Shown here: one piece after another, positions 9,768 through 20,108 of the stretch
Layout: each line of letters begins with the position of its first letter
Position numbering within the stretch: the stretch's first letter is position 1
Source: Candidatus Poribacteria bacterium
GTDB lineage: Bacteria; Poribacteria; WGA-4E; PCPOR2b
Assembly: GCA_965218095.1 (NCBI GenBank)
Contig: OZ244587.1
Span: forward strand, 1,440,001 to 1,504,000
Direction: 5' to 3'
DNA length: 64,000 nt
The notes under the pieces: generated by a model
Database searches by the model: none
The model's input: the letters and a program-made list of their open reading frames with translations, nothing else
Told to the model about the DNA's origin: nothing
Position numbers and translations under genes: made by a program

Positions 9768-11342
9768 TTAGTCCGCAAATCCCCCAGTCATCAATAGCCC
9801 GATTTTGGACAGGTCATCCCGAAACTGCGTTGCCTCCGTCAGCACCCCCTTGTACATGACAAAGATTCGGTCGCTCAACGCCAGTACCTCATCAAGTTCT
9901 GTGGAGATTAGCAGCACGGCGCGTTGCCCCTGACGCTGTTCGAGAAGCTGTTGATGCACATAGTCGGTCGCCCCGATATCCAATCCGCGGGTTGGATTGA
10001 CAGCCAGCAGCAGTTGTGGCTCTTGTGAAAGCTCCCGCGCAACAACAACCTTCTGCTGATTTCCCCCGGATAACGACTTCGCCGGTGCATGCGGATGGGT
10101 CGTCCGCACGTCATAGCGTTGGATTAGTGCCTCGGCATCGGCGTCAATCCGTTTGAGATCTAAGAACGCCTTCCAACCTTTGAAAGGTTTGAAACCTTTC
10201 AAAGGTTTTGACTGATATCCCTTGAGTCGATGAACGTTGAGAATCAGATTCTCCGCGATTGTGAAACTCAGAATGAGTCCAGCTATCTGTCGGTCTTCGG
10301 GAATATAGCCATATCCCAATTGGCGACTCTTGCTCGTTGGGAGATTGGTGATTGACTGTCCGTTAAAACGGATGGTACCGCTCTGAGACCTGCGCAGCCC
10401 AACAATTGCTTCCATCAGTTCGATTTGTCCATTACCATCAATGCCAGCGATGCCCACGATTTCGCCGGCGCAGACATCAAATGGGCAGCTATCAACCGCA
10501 ACCTGATCACGGTGTCCGACAACGGTTAAATCGCGGATTTCAAGGATTGGCGGGCCGGGGGCTTGGGCGCTTCGCTGAATCTGTAGTAACTCGTGTCCGA
10601 TCATCTGTTTCGCTAAATGGGCGGGAGAGGTGTCAGCGACTTTCGTAGTCGCAACACGCTTACCGCGACGCAACACGGTAATCCGATCGCTGATTTTCAT
10701 CACCTCTTTCAGCTTATGGCTGATGAAGATAATGGAATGCCCATCGGATTTGAGACGACGAAGGATGGCGAACAGTTCCGTAATCTCTTGTGGAGACAGA
10801 ACCGCGGTCGGCTCATCGAGGATAAGGATTCGTGCATCCGCTGAAAGCGCTTTGAGGATCTCAACCCGTTGCTGAAGCCCGACCGAAAGCTGCCAGACCT
10901 TCATGTGCGGTGAGATGGACAGACTGTAACGGGTGGAAAGCTGCTGGACATTTTCCTCGGCTTCGTTCCGCCGAAACCGAAATTTGCCACATCCAGAACT
11001 GAGGGCAATATTTTCAGCCACGCTCAGCGAAGGCACAAGCGTAAAGTGCTGATGCACCATGCCAATCCCGTGAGCAATCGCGGTCTTCGGTGAATCAATA
11101 ACGATCGGCTTCCCGTCGATCAGAATCTCCCCGGCATCGGGTTGATACAAGCCGTAGATCAGGTTCATCAGTGTGGACTTACCCGCCCCGTTTTCACCGA
11201 GTAGCGTGTGAATCTCCCCCTGCCGCAACGCGAAATCCACGCCATCCACGGCGAGGTTGTTCCCGAATGCTTTGGTGATGCCGTGCAGTTCAAGTGCGAA
11301 AGACGATTTGATAGAGTTCATTAGCCGGTTAAGAACCCTCAC
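9768..11342 (-). CDS. ABC transporter ATP-binding protein, CUT2/nucleoside type (two ABC domains)
   Basis: GENGAGKST, LILDEPT, YIPEDR, LSGGNQQK, NPTRGLD; start may be 11321. Confidence 0.93.
   Translation of the reverse strand: MRVLNRLMNSIKSSFALELHGITKAFGNNLAVDGVDFALRQGEIHTLLGENGAGKSTLMNLIYGLYQPDAGEILIDGKPIVIDSPKTAIAHGIGMVHQHFTLVPSLSVAENIALSSGCGKFRFRRNEAEENVQQLSTRYSLSISPHMKVWQLSVGLQQRVEILKALSADARILILDEPTAVLSPQEITELFAILRRLKSDGHSIIFISHKLKEVMKISDRITVLRRGKRVATTKVADTSPAHLAKQMIGHELLQIQRSAQAPGPPILEIRDLTVVGHRDQVAVDSCPFDVCAGEIVGIAGIDGNGQIELMEAIVGLRRSQSGTIRFNGQSITNLPTSKSRQLGYGYIPEDRQIAGLILSFTIAENLILNVHRLKGYQSKPLKGFKPFKGWKAFLDLKRIDADAEALIQRYDVRTTHPHAPAKSLSGGNQQKVVVARELSQEPQLLLAVNPTRGLDIGATDYVHQQLLEQRQGQRAVLLISTELDEVLALSDRIFVMYKGVLTEATQFRDDLSKIGLLMTGGFAD
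10175..10207. repeat. perfect 16-1-16 palindrome inside the ABC ATPase coding sequence
   Basis: AACCTTTGAAAGGTTT-G-AAACCTTTCAAAGGTT; similar copies near 15384 and 26144. Confidence 0.85.
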
Positions 11343-12458
11343 GAACGGGAACGAAAAGAACGCTCATCCGTCTCCCCAAAAAACAACTCTTCACTTTGAG
11401 TTACCATTTGAATAGCAATTCGATCTTTTAAGATTCGTGGACTGAAATTTGTGCGAACTTCTTCATCAACTCGGTCCAGTAAATATGGGATCTCGTGGCC
11501 GGGATTGTTCATTTGACAATCAGCTACCATGATGCGTAGCATATCCTCCAAATGATCTTTGTGTACCTCAAAACCGAATGCTTTTTGCCGAGGCTTAAAA
11601 ACACCTCTGAATATATCACGGGCAATACCATTTTTAAAATCATCTAATACATAGCGGTTCCGAGTTTCGCCGGGATTTCTGTTTGGCGCGTTGCTCTGAT
11701 TTAAGTGGTTTTCTAAAGTTTCAATCACATAAATTTCACCGGATTTAAGGGCGCGAGCGAATTTGGTAAATACAGGATTCGCTATATTTTTGATGACACC
11801 CAGAACTTGCTTTTTTTTACTTGCAAACAACCTGTTATACAATTGCACCCCTTCTTGACTTGATACAAGGTATTCATCGACCAAAGGACCATCCAAGAAC
11901 AGATATGGCTCATTAATTTCAAGGCAGTGCTCAACCTCATAGTATCGTAAGTATGCTGTCGGATATATGCCGAAAAGACCTCGTTTTTCGCGTGCAATGA
12001 AATCATCCGTATCGGCTGCATCAGAGAGCAAAACCTTGCTTGACCACATAGTGTAACGAGTCTTGCATCGGCCGACAATGTGAGAGGCTACCAATGCCAA
12101 CGCAAATCGCTTGCCCTGCTGAATATTTCTGCATCGGAAGGGCGAAGGTTCCGTCTATAGCGGCGACCTCCCCTTTCTCTAATTCTCTCGCTTCACTGAA
12201 TAAACCAAACTCCACCTTACGCAACGGGGGTAAACGGGGATTAGCTGGATCATCTTCCATAGTCTCGCGCGCTTCCTGTATTGCCCGATTTACCTGATCG
12301 CTGTTGAGCATTTCTACAACATCGTCGGCGATCCCACCGAAATTAGAGGCGAACTCATTTCTCAATACACGTCTCGATCCACGGAGGAGTTCGTGAAACA
12401 TTTCAACCTGTCGCTTGCGTTTCGATGGGTTGAAGAGTTCCCAAATCCTTCTGAACAT
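11339..12458 (-). pseudogene. nurA: NurA-like nuclease, split by a single extra base near 12047
   Basis: VAAIDGT, LFLDGPL, GVIKN and EIPYLL match NurA motifs; CAC TAT g TGG TCA joins the two ORFs. Confidence 0.72.
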
Positions 12459-12478
12459 TTGAAATTTCTCACTTCTTA

Positions 12479-14026
12479 TTAGCTGCTATTCGGGACCGTG
12501 TTATCGCTACGCATGAGTTCAAATGGAGATGGCGCCATCTGTACCAGAACAACAGCGAACGATTCAAACATCTTAACAAGGGCATGACCCGTACCAAGTC
12601 CTAACGCCTCTACAGAAAACCCTCTTCCCATTGTCTGCGTTGCAGAGTCCGCTTCATCCTTGCTGTTCTGATGCATCACTATATGCGTGTTGAGATTATT
12701 CATCACAAGCTGAGGGATTTGTGAAGCGTTTTGAAGACTAAGAATAATTGAGTGATCAAGAGTTCGCCCTTCACGCATAATGCGGTTGAATGAACCAGCG
12801 AGTGTATCGCTGTAACGTGACTCATTATCAAAAATGCGATGTGCTTCATCTACCATGTGAACAATGCCCATTCCTTCTCCCTTACTGCGATGCGATTGGC
12901 AACCATCCAAGACGTAAGACAAGAGTAAGGCATAGGATGAATCGTCCATCTGTGAATAATCAATGACCAAAATCCGCCCTTTACTTACATCAAAATCAAA
13001 TTGGCGTATTGTCTCGCCGTCAACAGCATCAAGCCATGGCATTTCCTCCCTGCGGGCTCGGACTTTTCGCAATATGGTGTTCCCCGTTCCACCATGAATC
13101 CGTTCTCCCGGATCTACGGACTCCATGCGATTTTGGACAACTTTCAAGATGTCATCAAGTGAATATGACTTCGTCTCAATAGAATCGGCGGCACTCGCAA
13201 ATCCTTCAAATTGTAGTTCTTCCTCTGTTCTAGGAAAGAAGAAACCCGCCAACATAGGTGGTGATAAATCTGATGCCCTGCACCCAGCGACAATATCTAC
13301 ACGGTTTGGATCGCACTTGCCGTGGAATCCAACACGAGTTACGCGATTAGCTGAACGAGGTTTCAATTCATATTTTTCAAAGCGTTTCCAGATGGTTCCT
13401 ACATTTGGGTCGCTATTTTGAGACTTAATCAACTCATAGTCAGGCTTTGCGTCATGAACCAAAACGCATTTGTTAAATTTCATTGCCTGATTGATTAAAT
13501 TCCCGGCAATGTTTGATTTTCCCGAACCTGTCCCACCTGCAATCATGATGTGGTGGTTAAACGTTCGCGCATCAATGCAGAGCGGCACACCGTTTGCATT
13601 GAGAAGTTCACCGATGACATTAAAACTTCCATCTGTATGCGTTGCTTTCTGAGGGATTCCAATAACTCGGTTTATCGTTTCTATATCCAGCTCAGTCACG
13701 GGAGCACCCGGCAAGGGACGTATCCGGGGTGTGAGCATCTGATGCCCGTCATATTCTCCTAATATCAATATATCAAATACCTGTACTGACTCTACGGATT
13801 GCACATCGTCGCAGGACTCCATAAGTTTGAGTCCATGAAGAATCGTTGGATCAAGGGGATTACCCACAATCGAGATATTTCGGTTAGGTTGGACAACCTG
13901 TCCAATCCAAGATTTATCACCTTGATCCATACGGACATAATCAAACAAAGCAAACTCTTCCTCCATTCGTCCCATTGCCTGAATATGCGTTAAGTCGCTG
14001 TTTGGATTGTCATGTAATATGATCAT
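12479..14026 (-). CDS. herA: HerA/FtsK-family ATPase (DUF87), HerA-like
   Basis: N-terminal HAS-barrel-like region, HIMIAGGTGSGKS Walker A, VDEAHR Walker B, REGR arginine finger, LSLQ sensor. Confidence 0.85.
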   Translation of the reverse strand: MIILHDNPNSDLTHIQAMGRMEEEFALFDYVRMDQGDKSWIGQVVQPNRNISIVGNPLDPTILHGLKLMESCDDVQSVESVQVFDILILGEYDGHQMLTPRIRPLPGAPVTELDIETINRVIGIPQKATHTDGSFNVIGELLNANGVPLCIDARTFNHHIMIAGGTGSGKSNIAGNLINQAMKFNKCVLVHDAKPDYELIKSQNSDPNVGTIWKRFEKYELKPRSANRVTRVGFHGKCDPNRVDIVAGCRASDLSPPMLAGFFFPRTEEELQFEGFASAADSIETKSYSLDDILKVVQNRMESVDPGERIHGGTGNTILRKVRARREEMPWLDAVDGETIRQFDFDVSKGRILVIDYSQMDDSSYALLLSYVLDGCQSHRSKGEGMGIVHMVDEAHRIFDNESRYSDTLAGSFNRIMREGRTLDHSIILSLQNASQIPQLVMNNLNTHIVMHQNSKDEADSATQTMGRGFSVEALGLGTGHALVKMFESFAVVLVQMAPSPFELMRSDNTVPNSS

Positions 14027-14053
14027 CCTTTACCTCCAAATCCCCGTCTACTA

Positions 14054-15043
14054 CTAAAATTTCACTCGAGGTGCCTTGAATTCACCCACGAGAATCTTTT
14101 GATGGATTTCCTTGACCTTTGCTTGTACATCTGCCGGGATACGATCTTTAAGTTCCGGATTGTAAATTAGCTTCACGGTCTCATTAAGCGACATCCCCAT
14201 CCACATAATCTTGGGTTCAAACTTGCCCGCTTTCACCAGATTTGCTATGTAAACAAAGGCTTTCGTATCAATAGCAGCGCTCGCAAGAATCGCATCGGGA
14301 GCGATGTCGTTCTGATCGCGGTTAGAACCGAAAGCATAGACATCTACCCCGGCTTTACGGCTATCTTCGACGGCATGGAAAACCCCGCGCCCCGCCGCAT
14401 CGGCGTTATGGAAGATGAAATCCGCACCCTCCGTAATTTGAGACAACGTCAATTCCTTCGCTTTTCCGATATTCTCCCAGTCCCCGACATAGGAGCGGGA
14501 AACGTTGATATTTGGATTGACGGATTTTGCACCTTCTTCAAAGGCAAAGAAGGTGCTGTTGATCGGTGGGATGTTCATGCCCCCTACAAGCCCGATCTTT
14601 CCGGTCCTGGTCATCATGCCGGAAATGACCCCCAGCAGATAGGTTACCTCCTCAAGTTCAAAAACGATTGGGGATACATTATCCAGAACCGTATTCCCAG
14701 AAGTAGTGATAAACACCGTATCCGGGAAATCTGGTGCAACGGCTTTTGCGGGTTCCTGATACTCAAATCCGTGTCCAAAGATTAGATCATATCCCCGAGT
14801 TGCGTAGAATCGAAAATGTTCTTCCCACTGCGATGGGGTTTTGCTTTCGACATGGCTGACCTCCGCCCCAAGTTCCTTTTCGATTCGCTTGAGTCCGTCG
14901 TATGCCAGCGCATTCCAGCCCGCGTCACTAATCGAGCCGGGTGTCAGCAGCGCAACCTTGAATTTAGCCGCGTCGGCTATCCCGCTGCTAAATCCAAACA
15001 GTAGGATGAGTAAACCATAAATGATCCAGTTCTGATTCCGCAT
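14054..15043 (-). CDS. BMP/PnrA family ABC transporter substrate-binding protein (nucleoside)
   Basis: Signal peptide; SDAGWNALAYDGL, GYDLIFGHGFEY, YVGDWEN. Confidence 0.9.
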   Translation of the reverse strand: MRNQNWIIYGLLILLFGFSSGIADAAKFKVALLTPGSISDAGWNALAYDGLKRIEKELGAEVSHVESKTPSQWEEHFRFYATRGYDLIFGHGFEYQEPAKAVAPDFPDTVFITTSGNTVLDNVSPIVFELEEVTYLLGVISGMMTRTGKIGLVGGMNIPPINSTFFAFEEGAKSVNPNINVSRSYVGDWENIGKAKELTLSQITEGADFIFHNADAAGRGVFHAVEDSRKAGVDVYAFGSNRDQNDIAPDAILASAAIDTKAFVYIANLVKAGKFEPKIMWMGMSLNETVKLIYNPELKDRIPADVQAKVKEIHQKILVGEFKAPRVKF

Positions 15044-15260
15044 AGAAACACCTCAACTGTACTATTACTAAATCCGTGAGAAAATCTGTTTCAGTTGGCA
15101 CATTGAGGAGACGACCAGGGATTTGAGTACAAGGATTCAGAGGTTCAATGAACCCTTGTACTCATGAACCTCTGCACTTTTGCGACGTGAGTGTTGCAGT
15201 TTCGATACGAGTTCTCAAGGGTTTAGTGATAGCACACCATCGCAGCACACCACCCCGCTA

Positions 15261-15383
15261 TTATCTAAAAATAACCCACGCTATCCCAAGCGCCAACAGT
15301 GTATTGAAGATCGTTGCCGCCAGATATACCGCTACAGGTCTTCCTCTCATATTCCGAAACTCCCCAAAAGCAGAATCCCCCTA
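15261..15383 (-). pseudogene. C-terminal remnant of a membrane protein (YeiH/putative sulfate exporter-like)
   Basis: FGEFRNMRGRPVAVYLAATIFNTLLALGIAWVIFR-stop with no start, cut at a palindromic repeat. Confidence 0.35.
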
Positions 15384-15752
15384 AACCTCGCGAAAGTTTC
15401 AAACCTTCGCAGAGTTAGTTTCTGACTAAAATTTCACGTACTGATTATATGACACACCCAACAGGCTGTCAAGCTTATTCCCCACGGACCGCACTAATCG
15501 TGGCGCCAAAACTTATCCCATACCGTCCCAAAGTCCGCATCGCGTGCGACGATTTCGCGGCTGCCCACAAATTCCACTATGCCCATTCGCCCCCTTTGTG
15601 TCAACGAAAAAGTGTTGACGAATGCGGTGAAATCTGCTAAACTCTCGCATAATGTGTAATGTTCAAGATCGTGGAAAACGAACAACATAAAACATTGATG
15701 ATGTGGATTTAATGGATTCTCACAGATTAAAAATCAACGACGATAGGGTTTC

Positions 15753-17084
15753 TTGTTGAAGAATTGGTTATCTAATATACTTTGCGGCTATCTGGTGTTT
15801 TCAAATCAAAGACCTGCCAGCATCGTTCTGGTGCTGATCCTGTATTTCGCTTTGGCGGTCGGCTGTACCATGCTACAGGTTCAGGGTGAAGAGTGGCCCA
15901 CCTGGCGAGGCCCACGCGGCGATGGTAGTTGGAATGGGCCGCCGTTGCCAAGCGAATGGCCTAACGATGGGTTGCCCGTCATCTGGCGTCGGCAAATCGG
16001 GGGCGGGTATTCGGGTGTCGTGGTGGCTGATGGGCGCGTGTATACAATGGATCGACAGACCGAGCCGGGGGAGGTTGAGGGTGTCCTCTGTTTCGATTCA
16101 GGAACTGGGGAGCGGCTGTGGAGGCATTCTTATGAGGCGCCGTACGGAGACCTCGATTACGGTAGTGGGCCCCGTGCGACGCCCACAGTTTTTAAGGGAC
16201 GTGTTTATACACTTGGTGCGGTTGGACACCTGCACTGCTTGGATGCCGAATCAGGCCAGGTCATCTGGGTGAAGGACACGGAAGCCGAGCTCGATGCCGA
16301 GCGTCCGCAATGGGGCTTCGCCGCCTCGCCGGCGATCTGGAAGCACCTTGTAATTGTGCACATCGCCGCCAAGCCTAGGGGCTGTCTGGTCGCGTTTAAT
16401 CGCATCAGCGGAGAGGAGGTTTGGCGTAGCTCGGACGCCCCGGCGGGCTATTGCACGCCGATTATCATCAACCACGGGGAACACGAACAACTCATCTGCT
16501 GGACGCCGGAGAACGTCCTTGGCGTCTCACCGAGCACAGGCGAGGTCTACTGGTCAGTTCCGTATCAGGTGACCAACGGTGTCTCGATTGCCACGCCGAT
16601 TTTCCACGAAGGTCTCGTGTTCGTCAGCGGTTACTGGGAAGGCTCGAAGGCCATCCGCCTCGGGGAACATCCGCATGATGCGAAGCTGATTTGGGCCGAG
16701 ACTCGATACCTTCGCGCCTTGATGTCACAGCCACTTTACCGGAACGGGTATGTTTACCTACTGGACAAGTTCCATGGTCTGATCTGCTTCAAGTTGCAGA
16801 CGGGTGAGAAGGTCTGGGACGACAATAACCGGATGACCCCCAAGGGGCGTAATCCACAGGCAACCATGGTGTGGGTAGGTAATACGGATCGGGTGCTGGT
16901 TCTGAATTCCGATGGCGAATTGATTCTGGCGCGGTTCACGCCCGAAGGTTACCGTGAGCAGTCTCGCACCCGGATTATCGGTCACACATGGGCGCACCCG
17001 GCGTACGCCGGTGACCGAATCTACGCACGGAGCGACGAAGAACTGGTTTGTGTGAGGCTGACCAATACAGGTGCCAGAAGGTGA
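15753..17084 (+). CDS. PQQ-binding-like beta-propeller repeat protein, secreted
   Basis: EWPTWRGPRGDG, GGGYSGVVV, GPRATP, repeated xGxxxW propeller ends, TWAHPA; start uncertain. Confidence 0.85.
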   Translation: MLKNWLSNILCGYLVFSNQRPASIVLVLILYFALAVGCTMLQVQGEEWPTWRGPRGDGSWNGPPLPSEWPNDGLPVIWRRQIGGGYSGVVVADGRVYTMDRQTEPGEVEGVLCFDSGTGERLWRHSYEAPYGDLDYGSGPRATPTVFKGRVYTLGAVGHLHCLDAESGQVIWVKDTEAELDAERPQWGFAASPAIWKHLVIVHIAAKPRGCLVAFNRISGEEVWRSSDAPAGYCTPIIINHGEHEQLICWTPENVLGVSPSTGEVYWSVPYQVTNGVSIATPIFHEGLVFVSGYWEGSKAIRLGEHPHDAKLIWAETRYLRALMSQPLYRNGYVYLLDKFHGLICFKLQTGEKVWDDNNRMTPKGRNPQATMVWVGNTDRVLVLNSDGELILARFTPEGYREQSRTRIIGHTWAHPAYAGDRIYARSDEELVCVRLTNTGARR

Positions 17085-17095
17085 AAGGTACAGAT

Positions 17096-18712
17096 ATGAA
17101 AATAAGGAGCGAATTTCCGCCGGTGATTTTCACCGACGATGCGTGGATTCTCAGCGCGACCGAGCCTCCGGTGACGGTCGAGGATTTGCGAGAGAAGGTG
17201 GTGGGAAGCTATACCGGGACGGGGGGCGCCCTATGGTGGAGCGTTGGGGACCATGAAGTATACCATTATGAAACGCAGGTGGGGGAGATGTTCGGCAAGG
17301 GATACGAGCATCTAGACGAGACAGCCTCCTCCTTCGTACATTCAGGGACGCCCGGCGTCGTGCCACGGATCGCTGAGAACTTGAGGGGCCTGGTGAAATC
17401 CAGCGGGGGACCGCTGTCAGCGCTGGCAAGTCTCTGCCGTGATGCGGGTGTGGTGTTCTTTCCACGGGTGCGGATGAACAGCCACTACGTCCTCGATCCG
17501 CAGCATCCGGGTTACGGAAGGTTCCGACGGGAACATCCCGAACTGCTCATCGGCAGGCCCGGCGAGACGGCGCCTGAAGGCTCGATCGAGTGGGCGATCA
17601 GGACGGGTCTCAACTACGCCTTTCCCGAGGTTCGGGCACACATGACTCGGATTATTTTCGAGGTGTTCGAGCGTTTCGATGTGGACGGGGTGGAGTTGGA
17701 CTTCATGCGTCACCCGGCCTTCTTCCGGATGGAGGAAGCCTACGCCAATCGCTACCTCATAACCGACATGGTGCGGTGTTTGCGAGAGCGGTTGAGAGTA
17801 GTAAGCGCGGAAAGAGACAAAGATCTGCTACTAGCAGTGCGGGTACCGCCCACGCTGGCAGACTCGGTCCGGATTGGTCTCGACGTACCGCGGTGGATAG
17901 CGCAGGAATTGGTGGATATCGTCGTGGTCGGCGGGGGCTTCATTCCCTTCGAGACGCCGGTCGGCGAGTTCGTCGAAGCGGCACGAAGGACAGACTGCCG
18001 GGTGTACGGATGCATCGAGGCAACGCGCTATATCGACGAGAAGAATCTTAGAGCGTTGGCCAGCCGCTGGTGGGAAGACGGAGCGTCGGGGATTTACCTT
18101 TACAATTTCTACACTATGTCAGCCAAGTGGAATCAGCGCATTTACCAGCAACTTTCCGACCCCGCTGCGTTGAGATGTCTCGACAAACGCTACGAACTAG
18201 ACCGTACCGGTCCTTTCAGCCCCACTGAAGGCCACAGCGCCGCATTTCGTTATGCGAGTCCGTGCGCTCAGTTACCGGTAGTGCTTCACCCGGGTTATAC
18301 AGGAACAGGTCCCTTGCTTCAGTTCCGAATTGCCGATGACCTTGGGTGTGCCCAAGCCGAGGGTACACTTGGCGACTGCGGTCTGGCGTTGCGGCTCCAA
18401 AACTTCACCCCCGAAGACGCACTTGAGGTGCGGCTCAATGGGGCGCTTATCCCGTGGGGTTCGGGCAGGGTTTCCTTTGACGGATGGAGTCGGTTGCAGT
18501 TGGAGCCGCAGTTCTGGATGCACTACCCGACGCAGCCTGTGGCTGTGAGGCAGTCTGGGGTCAGCGTCGAGTTTGACTTGCTTGCTCCGCCGTTGCGGCA
18601 GGGGGAAAACGAACTGGAAATCCATCTGGCGTCACAAAACCGCCAGGGGCGCGAGCCAGTGGTGCTGGAGGGTGTGGAAGTTACGGTGGCGTATCAGTGT
18701 ACGAGGGCTTAA
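17096..18712 (+). CDS. glycoside hydrolase-like (GHL10/DUF187-type TIM barrel) protein
   Basis: VRMNSHY, LNYAFPEVR, DVDGVELDFMR, GIYLYNFY, C-terminal LRQGENELEI sandwich. Confidence 0.65.
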   Translation: MKIRSEFPPVIFTDDAWILSATEPPVTVEDLREKVVGSYTGTGGALWWSVGDHEVYHYETQVGEMFGKGYEHLDETASSFVHSGTPGVVPRIAENLRGLVKSSGGPLSALASLCRDAGVVFFPRVRMNSHYVLDPQHPGYGRFRREHPELLIGRPGETAPEGSIEWAIRTGLNYAFPEVRAHMTRIIFEVFERFDVDGVELDFMRHPAFFRMEEAYANRYLITDMVRCLRERLRVVSAERDKDLLLAVRVPPTLADSVRIGLDVPRWIAQELVDIVVVGGGFIPFETPVGEFVEAARRTDCRVYGCIEATRYIDEKNLRALASRWWEDGASGIYLYNFYTMSAKWNQRIYQQLSDPAALRCLDKRYELDRTGPFSPTEGHSAAFRYASPCAQLPVVLHPGYTGTGPLLQFRIADDLGCAQAEGTLGDCGLALRLQNFTPEDALEVRLNGALIPWGSGRVSFDGWSRLQLEPQFWMHYPTQPVAVRQSGVSVEFDLLAPPLRQGENELEIHLASQNRQGREPVVLEGVEVTVAYQCTRA

Positions 18713-18795
18713 GATGTAAGTGTAATCACCACATGTTACATTCTGACACATTCCCACGCAAATACTTAACCCCTGACCAAGACAAGGAGAAGGGA

Positions 18796-19905
18796 ATGGC
18801 GAAATACCGCGGCGCGATCATCGGATTGGGGTGGATGGGGATGCTCTACGATCTGGCCCAACGCATGGGGGTATGGCACGTCGACGATATCGACCGTCCC
18901 ACACCCGAACTGGACATCCACCGCAAATTCCACTACCACGAGCAGCACTTGACCAGAAAAGCGATGCCGAGCAGCTACGCGGAGGCGCTGTGGGACCGAC
19001 CGGAAATCGAATTGGTCGCCGGCGCCGAGCGGGATCGCAAGCGGCTCGCAGCTTTCGGAGAGCGATACGGCGTCCAGGCGCTGTACACTAATGCGAGGGA
19101 AATGCTGCGCCAGGAAAAGCCTGACATCGTAGCAATTTCCACTAACACCAAGGGGCGGGCGGACCTGACCTGCTGCGCCGTCGAGTGCGGCGCCAAAGGC
19201 ATTGTGACGGAGAAGCCAATGGCCTACACCCTCGAAGAGGCAGATCACATGGTCAAAGCGTGCGCCGATGCGGCCGTACCGCTTTGCTGTGGTGCTATCT
19301 CGACAAGCCATCCCGCCTTTGGCACGGCCAAAGATTTGATAATGAGCGGGGCCATCGGCGAGGTGCTCTCTATTGAGGCCGAGTCGGACAAGAATCTATC
19401 TCAGCACCAGAACTGGTCGTATTTTGTCGACAGCCATCCGGCCTGGGTCATCGGCTCGGGAGACCTGCCCAGGCGCGAGTCGGGTAGCAACGAGTTTCGC
19501 GGTCAGGGCATGATGGTGACTAACACGAGCCTTGTCGTGCACTTCAGGAAGGGGGCGCCGGCGGTGCGCATTACTGGCGTGGATGGTGAGCTTCTCCACC
19601 CAGAGCATTACAGCGAATGGCTGCTGTTTCAGGATATGGACACCCCCGCCGGTCAGTGTCGGGTGGAAATGCCTTGGCCGGGCCCGCAGGTGCAGCGGCC
19701 CGGCGGTGGGTCGATTTACGGACTGGCGGATGTCATGGACTGCTTGGCGGGCACGCTCGACGAACCGAAGAATTCGGGACGTAGCGTCGCCGTCGCACTC
19801 GAAGTCGAGATCGCTATAAAGTTGTCTTCAGCTCAAGGCGGCAAGCGGATCGACCTGCCGTTAGAAGACCGTTCCCTGGGCCTTGAGTACGACTGGCATA
19901 GATAA
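18796..19905 (+). CDS. Gfo/Idh/MocA family oxidoreductase
   Basis: IIGLGWMG, EKPDIVAI, IVTEKPMA, GAIGEV. Confidence 0.88.
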   Translation: MAKYRGAIIGLGWMGMLYDLAQRMGVWHVDDIDRPTPELDIHRKFHYHEQHLTRKAMPSSYAEALWDRPEIELVAGAERDRKRLAAFGERYGVQALYTNAREMLRQEKPDIVAISTNTKGRADLTCCAVECGAKGIVTEKPMAYTLEEADHMVKACADAAVPLCCGAISTSHPAFGTAKDLIMSGAIGEVLSIEAESDKNLSQHQNWSYFVDSHPAWVIGSGDLPRRESGSNEFRGQGMMVTNTSLVVHFRKGAPAVRITGVDGELLHPEHYSEWLLFQDMDTPAGQCRVEMPWPGPQVQRPGGGSIYGLADVMDCLAGTLDEPKNSGRSVAVALEVEIAIKLSSAQGGKRIDLPLEDRSLGLEYDWHR

Positions 19906-20108
19906 CGAGAAGAACTGCAACTCGGGAAGGTCATTGAAATCCCAATGTTCCACTGTAAGAGGGCGTTGGAGCAGCAGAGTGTTGAGACGTTGAAGGACAT
20001 ATCCCCCAACACCCCATTGCCCCATTACCAGTTCTCCAATCCCCTAATACCACCGTTAGACTACAGACTAGCATACCTTTCCCAACCACAGACAGGAGGA
20101 ATTATCCC

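Noticed and set aside
12040-12055. nurA frameshift as programmed recoding
   Set aside because: No slippery run or stimulatory structure at CAC TAT G TGG; looks like a simple 1-nt insertion
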